Below are positions 10,767 through 22,709 of a stretch of DNA of 64,000 nt, in pieces. Under the pieces are notes generated by a model. The model was not told the origin of the DNA. It worked only from the letters and a program-made list of their open reading frames with translations, and made no database searches. The DNA lies in the NCBI RefSeq assembly GCF_006345805.1, contig NC_043016.1, forward strand, positions 5,580,001 to 5,644,000. The letters are read 5' to 3'. The stretch's first letter is position 1. Each line of letters starts with the position of its first letter. A program made the position numbers and the translations under genes. This DNA is from Octopus sinensis. Taxonomy: Eukaryota.

Positions 10767-11963
10767 TATAAAATTATAAAAATTATAAAAATTATAAAAT
10801 TCGAGGAAAAAACCTTACATTGAATAAAATACATATTGACCTTAATGAAGGAAATATAATTAATACATGGAAATTGAAATGCATTAAAAATATGCATTAA
10901 AAATATAACACAGCAATACATATTCATATTGGAGTATACATATATATCAACATACACAGAATAGATGCGTGCGAACCCCATACATATACAGACGTATAAA
11001 TATAAAGCTAAAATATACACACAAATGCATGTATACATATGTATATCTAGTTCGCACGCAAGCTAAAATCATGGATGGTTAAGTATCGTTTGTATTTACG
11101 AAGCAAAGCTTAAGACATGAGTAAGTGAGGGGGGCGTAAAGTTGCATATATATATATATATATATATATAATTATATTATATAAAATACACACAGTTGCC
11201 TCCCTTGCATCATAATAAGATTTCTCTTTTTCTCTAAATTTTATCACGAGCTAGAGTAACTAAAGTGCTCTTACAATTCATTTAAGTTAATACTTATTCT
11301 TATTTTAATTCAATCATCAAACTATTTTTATAACAGTATTGAATAAGATGAAAAATTTTTAATCAAGTAAAATTATGAATTATCAATTGTCACTAATTAA
11401 TTGTCCATTGCCTGGAGAAAAAGTGGATTACAATGAAAAATGCGAGTGCATGGAGGTTGATATTCTTAAGTTATTAAACCTGGACAAGTACAGGACAAGC
11501 ATATTTATACTTAAAAGATTGCATCTATAGTTAAAATTAAAAAATATATTTATATTCATAAAATTTTAAAATCAAATAATAATTTTAAGGCTAATTGTTA
11601 GCAACAATATAAAAAAATTTCAATAGCCCCCATTAAAATGTCTTTTCAAATACTCCCATACCTGTACGGAGTGGGTACATTGAAGGTTTTACATTTCAAA
11701 CCACATGGCGAAGAAGAATTTCTTATATGACATACTACCCTCCCAATCAAAAAATTTAATTAGGAAGAGTACCTCCCTCTCCGGAAAATATCACTGTACC
11801 CTCAAGGTATCAAAACTTCCCTTTTCTAAAATTTCCTTGTGAGTTATAGTGTGCCAATTTTTATCAAAAAGATGAGCAAAAATGGAATTTCAGTTGAATA
11901 CTACTTAAAGACTTTTAGTAGTAGTTCTTAATAACTTGTAATAAAAAAAACAAGTTTAATAAC

Positions 11964-12252
11964 ATATTGTTGTATTTAGGAAGGGTCATTTTGCCAGTTT
12001 AGCCAATAAAACACACACACTATATATTTGGTGCTCCTTTGCTTCAGCGTTATTCATTTTTTACATTAATCTTAATCTTATTTCGGCCAGAGTTCTTTCG
12101 TCACACTCCCGTGACCTCATCAGTAAGACCAAATATATAGTGCGTGTGTTTTATTGGCTAAACTGGCAAAATGACCCTTCCTAAATACAACAATATCTGT
12201 TTCAACACACAATTTCACATCAAAAATCTTGCAAAATAAATATATAAATGTA
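11964..12252 (-). repeat. Inverted-repeat unit with hammerhead (family A)
   Basis: Arms ~11964-12032 and ~12128-12197 are reverse complements. Minus-strand CTGATGA-G-GTCAC(GGGAGT)GTGAC-GAAA-GAACTC at 12090-12123. Confidence 0.8.
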
Positions 12253-12299
12253 ACAAAGTTTAATAACAATTTTACATCTATTCCGTTGTATTTTATTTA

Positions 12300-12550
12300 C
12301 AAATGTAATCCTTCTGGTACATCTTTAGCTTTATATCGAGACCATTTTAAAGTGTATATTGATGTTCCTTTTTAAAATCCAAGAATGGAAAGTTAGAATT
12401 ACTCTCAAGATCAGATCCTGTTCTTTGAGAGGATGTGCTATAGGTTGAAGACTGCCATAGAAAGGTGAGTGTCCACATAATCAGTACTTATCTACCGAGT
12501 CTCAGAATAACTTTGTCTAAGATGTGTAGGCCACCTAATCTCCATTACAT
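12300..12550 (-). mobile_element. Decayed Penelope-like RT fragment
   Basis: YVD-like motif and ESNSNFPFLD...LKMYQK resemble the PLE RT E.N..LPFLD...VYRK motif. Confidence 0.5.
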
Positions 12551-12692
12551 AGTACACACACACATGCACGCACACATGCACGCACATATGTACACACACA
12601 TGCACGCGCAAGCACACGTGCGCACGCACCCATGCACACGCATATTCTATATTCTATATATATATGAAATACATATTTTTATTAATAATTAA

Positions 12693-12783
12693 CAGAAGTA
12701 ACAGTGTGACTCAAGTTCCGAGAGTTTCGTGCGTTGGCACTTGGCACGGTATTCTCGGACCTTGAGTCACTCTATTACTTCTG
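12693..12783. repeat. 91-nt imperfect hairpin (40-bp arms, 33/40 match)
   Basis: CAGAAGTAACAGTGTGACTCAAG... versus ...CTTGAGTCACTCTATTACTTCTG. Confidence 0.9.
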
Positions 12784-13668
12784 CTAAATATGAATAGAAA
12801 TATGCATATGCTCATATTTTGAGTTCTATTTTTCCTGTTTGCATTACTTTTATAATATATATATATATATATATATATTAATTTACACTATATATACACG
12901 TGTGTATGAGTGTGTGTGTGATCGAACAGGCTCCAAAAGGGCTGGTGTTGGATGCTTCGGCAATATTTATAATATGCAGTAAAATCAATAAAACTTGCCG
13001 TGAGGAGTGGAAAAATCTAACGTTTAGGTTGAAAAGAGAGAAATGAACGAGAGACAGAATTTTACACCCTCTAAATTAAGAAAAGTAAAACTGGCTGCAA
13101 CTGATAAGGCTCGCACGACCATGTGAACATCATGGAGAAACAGTGCGATAAAGAATAATGGAATGATGAGAAGCAGGCAAAGTAGAGATTGCAAGAATGA
13201 GGCGAAAGGAAGATATGAGGAGAGTGGTGAGTTGAAGGATAAGAAAGGTTTTAGCAAACGAGAGACATCTTCAATGCAACTCGCACCTGACAAATAATAC
13301 CCACTTCTCTTCCTATCCCATCCAATGAGGGATCCTCTGCTTGAAATCACAAAATGACAGAAATAGCTGCCAAATTACACTCAAATAACCCATGTTATGT
13401 AAACTTCTACGTCTTAGCCTGATATACTTAACGTAGTAACCAGTCCTTCAACCCATATCCTTCTTTTCATGATACTTCGATGCAAAAGTTGAGCATCACA
13501 GAGCATCTCTGCTAGTACCAACATAAATGTCATTTGCTTATTTCATGTTCAGAAAATGAAAAATAGCTAGAAGTATTGTAGAAGTGCTTTTGCAGTACGC
13601 ACTGAATTAAACCTCTAATGAGGGCAATTAACCCGTCGATATCTCCGATCTCGGAAGATATACTCCTT

Positions 13669-13765
13669 GTATGTATGTATGTATGTATGTATGTATGTAT
13701 GTATGTATGTATGTATGTATGTATGTATGTATGTATGTATGTATGTATGTATGCATGCATGTATG

Positions 13766-13799
<34 letters not shown>

Positions 13800-13985
13800 T
13801 GTATGAATGTATGTACGTATGTACGTATGTATGTATGTATGTACGTATGTACGTATGTATGTATGTATGTATGTATGTACGTATGTACGTATGTATGTAT
13901 GTATGTATGTATGTATGTATGTATGTACGTACGTACGTACGTACGTACGTATGTATGTATGTATGTATGTATGTATGTATGCATG
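13669..13985. repeat. (GTAT)n microsatellite
   Basis: Direct reading. Confidence 0.97.
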
Positions 13986-14189
13986 TGTAAGGAATATGAA
14001 CGCACGTGGTCGCATTGTGTAGGGAATACGATCGCACGTGGCCATATTCCTAACGAAAAAGAACATAGGTGGATTAACGACAAGCCGTTCCACCGTTTGA
14101 GAGATAGATATTATTTTATTTTACAACCGTGTCAATGTTAGGAGTTAGTAAACGTTAACACGCGTGTGCGCATGCAACGCGTGTTTGTG

Positions 14190-14860
14190 TCTGTGTGTTC
14201 GTGTGTGTGACAGATACAATAAGGGTGAAAGCGTGTGACATAGTAGGTACAGAGCATAGAGTTAATGATGGAAATTGATTTACTGCTCATGAGGTACACG
14301 AAGTGTAAGCGTTCAATATCAAGATGTTGTGTCTCGGAGCTGAGATTAGTTGAATCACTTGTTGTGCTTATCTTTCTCTTGATATAAATATTCTTTCAGA
14401 TATATAAACTGCAACTGTTTTTCCGTGGTGAAATTTTCACCTAACAGCATGAGTTGAATCTGTATTTATCTTGTCGTGTACATGTTGAATCTTCGTAGAT
14501 GGAGACGATGTTGGTACAATGATGGTAACGACGGCGGCGGAGATAGCAGGCTTTCTGTGGTGAGTGTACATTAGCGTCGTCGTGGCTGATCGTCTGTCGC
14601 TGTGACTAGAACATGTTGAGTAGCTCTGTGGTCAGAGGTTTAGTCCTCATAAGGACTAGAAACCAAAGACGCAAGTATACTGAAAACACTCCCTTATATA
14701 CAAGTAAGGTGGCTCAACAGAGCCTAGGAAATGGGACCTTAACCAAAGGCCGTGATTGGTTGGCTTTGGCCAGTGGCGCGAATTAAGTAGAGAGACAGAC
14801 CGCGCTTAGATGCCAGCCAATCAAAATAGTGGACACAACAACGTTAAACTAGCCAAAGAT
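14190..14860 (-). mobile_element. Probable LTR-element fragment with TATA/CCAAT promoter-like segment
   Basis: 14190-14270 resembles 18330-18420 inside the LTR element. TATATAAG (minus, 14693-14700) and CCAAT motifs at ~14754 and ~14817. Confidence 0.4.
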
Positions 14861-16344
14861 GTTTGTAATCTCAAACGAGATCATTCTTAATATTTCTCTC
14901 AAACGGTGAAGATAGCAATGAAGAAAACAATATTGCTACATATGTATGTTTCAAGGTGCTTTCCAGAAATTTTGAGACTTTCTCAAAGTACAATACTCTG
15001 ACTTCAATGCACTTGATGTAGCAGCCTCGTGGCAAATGATAAAGTTACAAAATTACTTTATTTCACAGTTACATTCCAGACATTTTGAGGGAGGGGTAAA
15101 GTTGATTATATCTACCTCGATACTTGACTCTAATTCTTTTTATCGATGCTGAAAGAGCGAAGGAAAAATTTGATGTCACCGAAATCAAATCTCGACACTG
15201 CCAATTCAACTAAAGGTTGAGAATTCACTTTATCAGTTTCATGATATAAAAGAAATGAGAATAATCCATTTACTATGCCTGTCCTTAATAAGTTTTAGCA
15301 ACCAAAACATGTTTATACATGTTGCCAAATATTTAGTTGACACGGACGGTTTGCATAATCTTTTCTAATTTCAAGGGAAACAAGAAAAAAAGAAAGTATG
15401 CGAATTTTCTATATTGTTAATTACAAAAGGATTTTTAATAATTCAGTCACTGTGAGGTACCTGTAAGACGACTGTTGCTTATTTAGAAAGACAAAATAAC
15501 TAGAACATTCTTCTTACCTTCTAGAGTGCCGTTGGCAGAACCAACTGGTACAGAAAATAGTGAATTAAACCGGTTTAGTCATTAGGTTATCGTTAGACAG
15601 AATAAAGTATTTTTATTTCCCCTTTCTCCGTGTGATTTGTATCAGTGTATCTAAAATTAGTTCTGACAAAATCACGAAGCTGAGTAACATTAGAGAAATG
15701 TTCCCACTGAATTCTTTAAACTATCTCATAAAAAAAATTTTGAATACAAATTTACTAAGAATGAATTAAAATGAAAAGTTATTATTAACGTTCAGGATGT
15801 CCAATATGAGCTCAGTGGTTAGAAATTTTATGCGATTAGTAATAAAAGCGTGTCAAAATGTTGAGTAGTACGATTTTTCTTATGGGTGGGCCAGTGTGGA
15901 TAAAGAATGGAGAGAAAAAAAATTTCCACGTTTAATGAAAATAAATGTATAATAGATTCCAACAATTCTGGAATGATATGAGATAGACGGTATGAAATAT
16001 TTTCACTTTTACATGGGTGTGTATGAACTAATCTCCCCTTCTTAAGGTTATTATCATATAACCATAGCTATTTAGTTTACTAATTTGGGAGGTCGAAATT
16101 TGTTATATCGTGGTTTACACCACGCTTGGCTTTCGAATTCTGCACACGATCTGACAACTCGTTCTGCCTTCTTTTCAGTTAGATATATATTAATACACCT
16201 TGAAATTACGTGGACTGCGATTGCCATTGACAGGTCATTTATACCGTCGTAGCTATTATTAATTTGGATGCTCAATGTTTGTAATGTAGTAGTTAGCACA
16301 ACTATATGATTTGCAGCAGGTCATGCTATAATGTTCTTATATAT

Positions 16345-16881
16345 ATCTTACTATAATGGGCGTTATGTCTGTCTGTTCCCTCTCCACGGTCAAACGGCTT
16401 GACCAATGGTCACGATGTTTTTCGGGATTATAAATCAGGAAAGTTTTTAGCGAAAAAAAAATGTGAAAAAGTATGATTATTTAGTGAATATTGAGTTTTA
16501 TATTAATAAGCCACCTTTATTTTTGTTAAATTTCGGCGACGAGGATTAACACTGGATTCCCCCCACCCATCGCATAGCTCGTGAATTTAGAAATTTGCGA
16601 TACTATCTCTTTATTTCCCGTCGTAGATGGGCAGATTTGTTATCGTACTATAATGGGCTTATGTCCGCCTGTCTGTCCGTCTCTTTGTCTGTTCTCTCTT
16701 CACGGCCCAATGGTTACGGTATTTTTCGGGATTACAAAGACGGTCGTCAGGAAGGTTTTTAGCATTAATAAATCAGAAAGTAGGATTATTTCGCGGATAT
16801 CGATTTTTAAATTGATAAACCACCTTCTTATTTTTATTAAAAATTCACCGACGTGTAACCCTGGATTTTATTTGTAGAGTT
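16345..16881 (+). mobile_element. Two tandem non-autonomous Helitron-like units; second is interrupted by the LTR element and resumes at ~19643
   Basis: Repeated start TC(T/G)TACTATAATGGGC...TGTCTGT at ~16347 and ~16643. GC hairpin CCCGTC-GTA-GATGGG at ~16617-16631 near the end of unit 1. Confidence 0.55.
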
Positions 16882-19638
16882 TGTAACGAACTTAGTGTGA
16901 GTGAATATCTTGTCTTGTACTTTCGGGGTACAAGAAAGCAATCACTCACTAGCCGTTGCTTCAATAATCCAGATTCTCTACAAGTCAGAAACAACATGAC
17001 GCAGACGTAAAATATATATATACTATTTTATTCTCTTTCTTGGTAACAATAACAATAAGTGTGTTATCTGATGTCCTTGGTTCTGGGCGCGCAAGGCTGA
17101 AAGTTAATCGATCGTAATATTTACAATATTCAGCCGCCAAAAACAGAACGGGTCAAAATGGCGTCGAACAATGGAGACGATGTTAGTCTGCAACAATTTG
17201 GTTAAAGCCCTTTTGGTAAGGACTGCTAGAAGCTAGTTCGAACGGAGAGAAAATACATCGCGACCGCCGCGTTCAATCGCTGCCGTCCCAAGTCGCCGCT
17301 GCTGCCGCTAGCGGTCAAACGTTCTACGACCCCTTGCCTCGCTAACTGCTACGTAAGCAATAGGGTTCTTCTTCCGGTGCTTCGCGCATGCGCGAGAGGG
17401 CCCTTCCTCTCTCTGCCTTGGTAAAGGTACCAACACGCGCGAAATACAAATGGACGGTGCGCGAGCGCGCCGCTGTATAGCGTCACTACAGAGCTCCACC
17501 CCAGTGCGTGAGCACGACACAAAATTCCCTGTAGTGACTATAAAACCCAAGGTGGACACCAGATAACCAAATAGCACACAATAATATAATGGCAAAATTT
17601 ATAACATACACAAGAAATTTACCAAAGGAAAAAGAGAAAAAATACTCAATGAGCAAAAATCAAGAGTGCATGCATGAAAGTGTATACGTCACAAAGTATA
17701 GAGCCTTCCGCTGTAGGAAGCGGAGGGAAAGCAAAACTCACAGTCAATGAACCTAGGCGAAATTAAATCCAACTTCTCTAAAGGTGGTTAATCCTGCAAA
17801 ATAGCAGTTAAATCAATTGCTGCAGGAGAGGAAATGGAATTGGCAGAAGCTCGCTAGTAACACAAAAGGCAAAAGTGCAAACATGCTGGTGTGATGCGCG
17901 ACACAGATAATTTTCTGTTAATTACGTGACCAACAGTGGTCTAACGGAAAAATAATTACGCCTAAACATGGCGCAGCGCATGTGAACATCCGACGTCCTA
18001 TGAGTCGGGAAAAAAACTAAGCCACTGCAAACGTGTTGCAAAAAACAAGGCAAACACACGTGCGAAGCAAAAGGCGCATGAAATGCAATAGAGCTTGCCA
18101 GACCAAAAAAACAGCAAGAATATGCCAGTGGTTGAGCGATTATATGCCTCGTTCGTACAGGAACAAAGGTATGACATGCTGGCGCGTTATAATGGACAAA
18201 CAACCCTCTCTATGTATACGTGACCGACCTAGGGTCTATAGAAATGAGGGGTGTCCACAAAAGGCAAATTTAGCATGGAACAAACAAGCGAGAAAAGCAT
18301 GTGTGACGTATGTATGTGAGAGAGAGCATTTATGTGTGTGTACGTGTGTGCGACAGAAATACATACAAGGTGAATGCGAGCAAAATATAAAAACAGCGCA
18401 TAGAAAAAATGTCTCTCAAGTGCTATTTCAGACAAGAGTTAATTTACCAGTCTGTGATAGCCTGATGTACAATAGCAGTTCGTTCTGTAACAGAATGTTG
18501 AGATCACAAATGCAGATGCCGATTGAACACATATCGTGTAGCGGTTGTGGCTTCAATGCTGTGACAGGTTAACTGGAACAGAAGAAATCTCGTAGATAGT
18601 GCTGGGCTGTGAATTCTTGGTGTGCTAATGCACAAACGGCAAGTGGACCAAACTTCCGCGAGTTGCTATGTACATCTGTGGAGGTCGACAGTGTTGAAAA
18701 GCGACTGTGGTGGTGGCGACTGTAGTGGACTTGAGACAACATCGTTCTTAGTGATGATGGCGACGAAGATAGCGACGACGTGAAGTAGACAGACGACGAT
18801 GGTGATGACGAAGGCAGAGAAAAAGCATCGATGAATTGATGGCGTTCGTCATCATGGCTGTAGAATAAGAAAAGGGGCTCCTTCTACAACTGTTTGTGGT
18901 GGCCGGAAACAAATCGTCGAAAGATGAATGCGTAGTGTTAAATCGTGTTCCGACTTCGCAGAAAAACTGGATTTTTTTTTTTTTGATAAGTGATCTCTGG
19001 TTTTAGACCAGAATCACGTCGGGAGGTCACCACTGTTACGAACTTAGTGTGAGTGAATATCTTGTCTTGTACTTTCGGGGTACAAGAAAGCAATCACTTA
19101 CTCGTTCGTTAATTATCCAGAATCTCTGCCCGTCAGAAACAACATGACGCAGACGTAAAATATATATATACTACTTTATTCTCTTTCTTGGTAACAATAA
19201 CAATAAGTGTGTTATCTGATGTCCTTGGTTCTAGGCGCGCAAGGCTGAAAGTTAATCGATTGTAATATTTACAATATTCAGCCGCCAAAAACAGAACGGG
19301 TCAAAATGGCGTCGAACAATGGAGACGATGTTAGTCTGCAACAATTTGGTTAAAGCCCTTTTGGTAAGGACTGCTAGAAGCTAGTTCGAACGGAGAGAAA
19401 ATACATCGCGACCGCCGCGTTCAATCGCTGCCGTCCCAAGTCGCCGCTGCTGCCGCTAGCGGTCAAACGTTCTACGACCCCTTGCCTCGCTAACTGCTAC
19501 GTAAGCAATAGGGTTCTTCTTCCGGTGCTTCGCGCATGCGCGAGAGGGCCCTTCCTCTCTCTGCCTTGGTAAAGGTACCAACACGCGCGAAATACAAATG
19601 GACGGTGCGCGAGCGCGCCGCTGTATAGCGTCACTACA
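16882..19638 (-). mobile_element. Non-autonomous LTR retrotransposon (two ~605-bp LTRs)
   Basis: LTRs 16882-17490 and 19034-19638, both TG...CA, with a 4-bp TSD AGTT (16878-16881, 19639-19642). The 1.5-kb interior has no pol motifs. Confidence 0.92.
19013..19032 (-). promoter_or_regulatory. Primer-binding site, tRNA-Trp type
   Basis: TGGTGACCTCCCGACGTGAT next to the 5' LTR resembles the tRNA-Trp PBS TGGTGACCCCGACGTGAT. Confidence 0.8.
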
Positions 19639-19819
19639 AGTTCGTAGCCCCATCGTAGATACGAAGGAGTTGCGAGAACGGGTAATAGCAAAAATAAAAT
19701 GGAAAAAGTGTGTGTGATTTTTTAGTGGTTATTGAAGTGTTTCAGTCTCGGGCAGGATACGAAACGGCTAATCGAAGCGGCTGTTGTTTACAGCTCAGTT
19801 TTGTCAATCAAAATAACCC

Positions 19820-22700
19820 ATGGTACTAGAACATCCAGCGGATTCCACAGCTTATCACCCTCCAGGTAGCGCCAGATATGCCTCAGCCTCAACTCAAGTC
19901 TTGCACATTATCAACAAGGTTATCAGTAACCCACTCATCAGCGGTTCCTGGCAGCAAACAGAGCGCCTCACAAGTGGCTTTCCTCCCTTCCACAAATCGC
20001 AGCAGAGGAATCGCTCCAACTTGTTCAGTCATGTGTCAGGGCAAGAAACAACGGTCAGTCGGTAGGTGATTACAGATGCAATAAACACCTGTACCACCTC
20101 ACCCTTCCTTTCAGGTCCGGACTAGGGCCTCTACCTTCTCTACCACCTCACTCCAGTTCTCCGTCTGGGAATCCGGTCCAAACCAAACTCCAAGCAACTT
20201 AACAGAACCATCTGTCCAGTGACTCCCGACACTCGACGATATCGACTTGTTCCTCCAGGTGCCGAGGCGCAATCCGATGGACTTGTCCTTGTTAACTTTT
20301 GCCCCTACCACCGCATCGTATCCTATGATAGCCTTCTCTTCACAAAGTAGCTGAGCTTCAATGGACACGATGATGGTGACGTCATGTCATCCGCGTAAGC
20401 AGAGACCGACTTACCGCAACCGATTTCTTTGGGGGCGCCCCCCCCCCCTTAATTCTCCAACTTCCGCAGCAATGGCTCAAGAGCCAACACGTACAGAAGC
20501 GGAGATTGGGGCCACCCTTGACGAACTGAACGCACGATCGAAAACGGCTCTGACAGGTAGCCGTTTATCTGGACTGTGGATTTATCTGGTAGCCGTTTAT
20601 CTGGACTGTGCCACTATACATGGCGGAGATCCAACCACAGAAGTCAGGGCCCGGCCACCTGAAAGACTGCCGCCAGGTACTGGTGGTCTACCCCATCAAA
20701 AGCTTTACTTTGGTCTAAATGGGCCAGTGCCACTCCTTTGCCGGTTAATTTACCCAACCTGTCTAAGGTGTAGCGAATAAGGTGAAGATTGTCCTGGATC
20801 GACCTGCCTGGGATGGAGCATGTCTGTGCCTTCCCTACAAGTTCCTCTACGACACGAGTCAACCTTTTAGCTAACACCTTGGCCAAAATCTTTAACTTTA
20901 CATTGAGTAGGAGTATGGCCCTGTAATTACTTATAATAACTCCGTTGTTCGGATCCTTCTGGATCAGCGTCGCCACTCCCTGACTCACAGAGCTGGGAAT
21001 TCTCCCATTCTATTGCCAGTTTATGTAGACGCTAGCCAGCAGCTCCTCCAACGTCCGGCATGCTACGATAAAACTCATAGGGTAGACCATCCAGCCCCGG
21101 CGACTTTTCCCCGGCGCACTCGGCCAATGCCTCTTTGACCTCCGCAGCTGTAATCGGCCTTTCACAGTACCTCACCTCCCGTACTGAGAGTCGCGGCCCG
21201 CCGGTGAGAAAGCCCTTTAGGGACTCCCCACGCTCTAGCACGTCGCCCTGCGGAACAACCGGGCGAAATGCTGATGAAAGGACTTTTGCCTCTCATCTTG
21301 TGTCCCCGTTCGTCCGTTAAAGACTTTATAGAGGCTTTTTTACCCCTCTGATTCTCCACACGACGTGCCCATCCAGTACGTTAATATCTTCTCATCCTTC
21401 TGCACATAGCTTAGCTCCAACTCTGCAGCCTTCGTGCTTGACGTTGAGGTGACGGTACAAGTCCGTTCTCGCTGTTAGCACACTAGATGCAGAGCCAGTT
21501 TTCAAGGCCTCGTCTAAGCCCTTAACTAACTTACACTCTATTCTACATCTATCTAAACTTAGCTGATTGCTAAATCCAATAGACTATAAACGAATGGCTC
21601 TCTTGAGGGCGTGCCACCATCTATTATTAATGATGGCGCCACATAATGCCCTCTGTCCTAACACCTTAATCCGTGCACGGAAATCTTCACAAGTCAAAAT
21701 AGACTTGTTCATCTTCCAGTACCCGGATTCCTGTCTATGACATTTATCTACGCGTACCTCACACATCACAAATTTGTGATCCGTGTAAGGTACTATATCA
21801 AATTGTGGACAACTAAAAGTATCCTTATCTCTATCTTTAACGAATACCCTATCTATGTAAGATCTGTGAGAGCCGTCGTTTTTACTCCACGTCCACTGTG
21901 GAACGTTCGGCTCATCCAGTTTGTAACGGTCTACTAGATTAAAGCTCTCTAGTATACTCTTGAGGCCAGGATTTCCTTTCCTATCAGTCGAGCCAACACT
22001 ATACCCCGTGTATCGAGTATAATGTTAAGGTCTCCTAACAGAACTACCGTTTTAGACGTCACTATAAAGTTCTCCAGGTCTCGGAAAAACCAGAGTCCCC
22101 ACGCTCGTTAGGAGCGTAGACAGCTACCAGCCTGAAGGACTGTTTACTTTCGTGAGTTACATCCAGGACGACCAGTTATATTGTATTCTGATACTTTGTA
22201 TATTCTTGCTTTGTGATGTGATCTAATGATTCTGTTTAATGTCTCATTTTTTTTCTCTGAATGCTATTATTTTTTTCATTTTTTTCTCTGTGGGAGGGGT
22301 TTGGCAAATTGTTTTAGTGTGGGACTGGGTTGGGGGTTTGGTAATGTGTGTCTGCATGCTTCGATGATTTTTTATTTGGGGAGGGGAATCCGGGACATGC
22401 GTTTTCTTTTGTTAATGCGTTACAGTAGTGAAGTCCATATCTTCGCTTGTTTCTTTTTTCTTGTTTTCTCTTTCACTTATTCTGTCTTTTTTCCTGTTGT
22501 GTTTTCAGGTTTTTCCACCGCTTTTACTTCTTTTACTGAAATTTTCTACCCCGTAGGGCGAAAATTAGTTTTCCACAGGACAACAGTTCAAATTCCAATA
22601 AAATTTTCAATTCAACTATAACAAAGTTCACAATAACAGAACAGGAAACGAACTCACATACCGCAGGTAACAACTGAAAACAACACCGTTCGCTGACGAA
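19820..22700 (-). mobile_element. Tx1-like LINE with 5'UTR, internally deleted ORF1/EN and decayed ORF2
   Basis: GYWKMN, KSPGLDGLPYEFY, NYRAILLLN, LDQSKAFDGVDHQY, WTDGSVKLLGVW. 3'-truncated. Confidence 0.88.
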
Positions 22701-22709
22701 AAAGGCGTA

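Noticed and set aside
12455-12470. Strong splice donor AAG|GTGAGT
   Set aside because: It lies within the antisense of a decayed Penelope-like RT and has no credible open exon.
13024-13350. 108-aa hydrophobic minus-strand ORF resembling a membrane-protein exon
   Set aside because: It is the antisense of a purine-rich strand, which automatically yields F/L/S/I-rich text. No recognisable motif or partner exons.
13530-14141. Long ORFs of YIHT/MYVC repeats, and similar ones at 35.5, 36.6, 40.6, 46.7, 48.9, 58 and 59.6 kb
   Set aside because: Translations of microsatellites.
16072-16299. ORF with faint resemblance to a CLCA N-terminus; opposite strand has AIAIDR (GPCR-like)
   Set aside because: Both resemblances are a few residues long with no supporting exon structure.
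18033-18572. 179-aa plus-strand ORF inside the LTR element
   Set aside because: Antisense to element polarity (PBS/PPT on minus), with no gag or pol motif.
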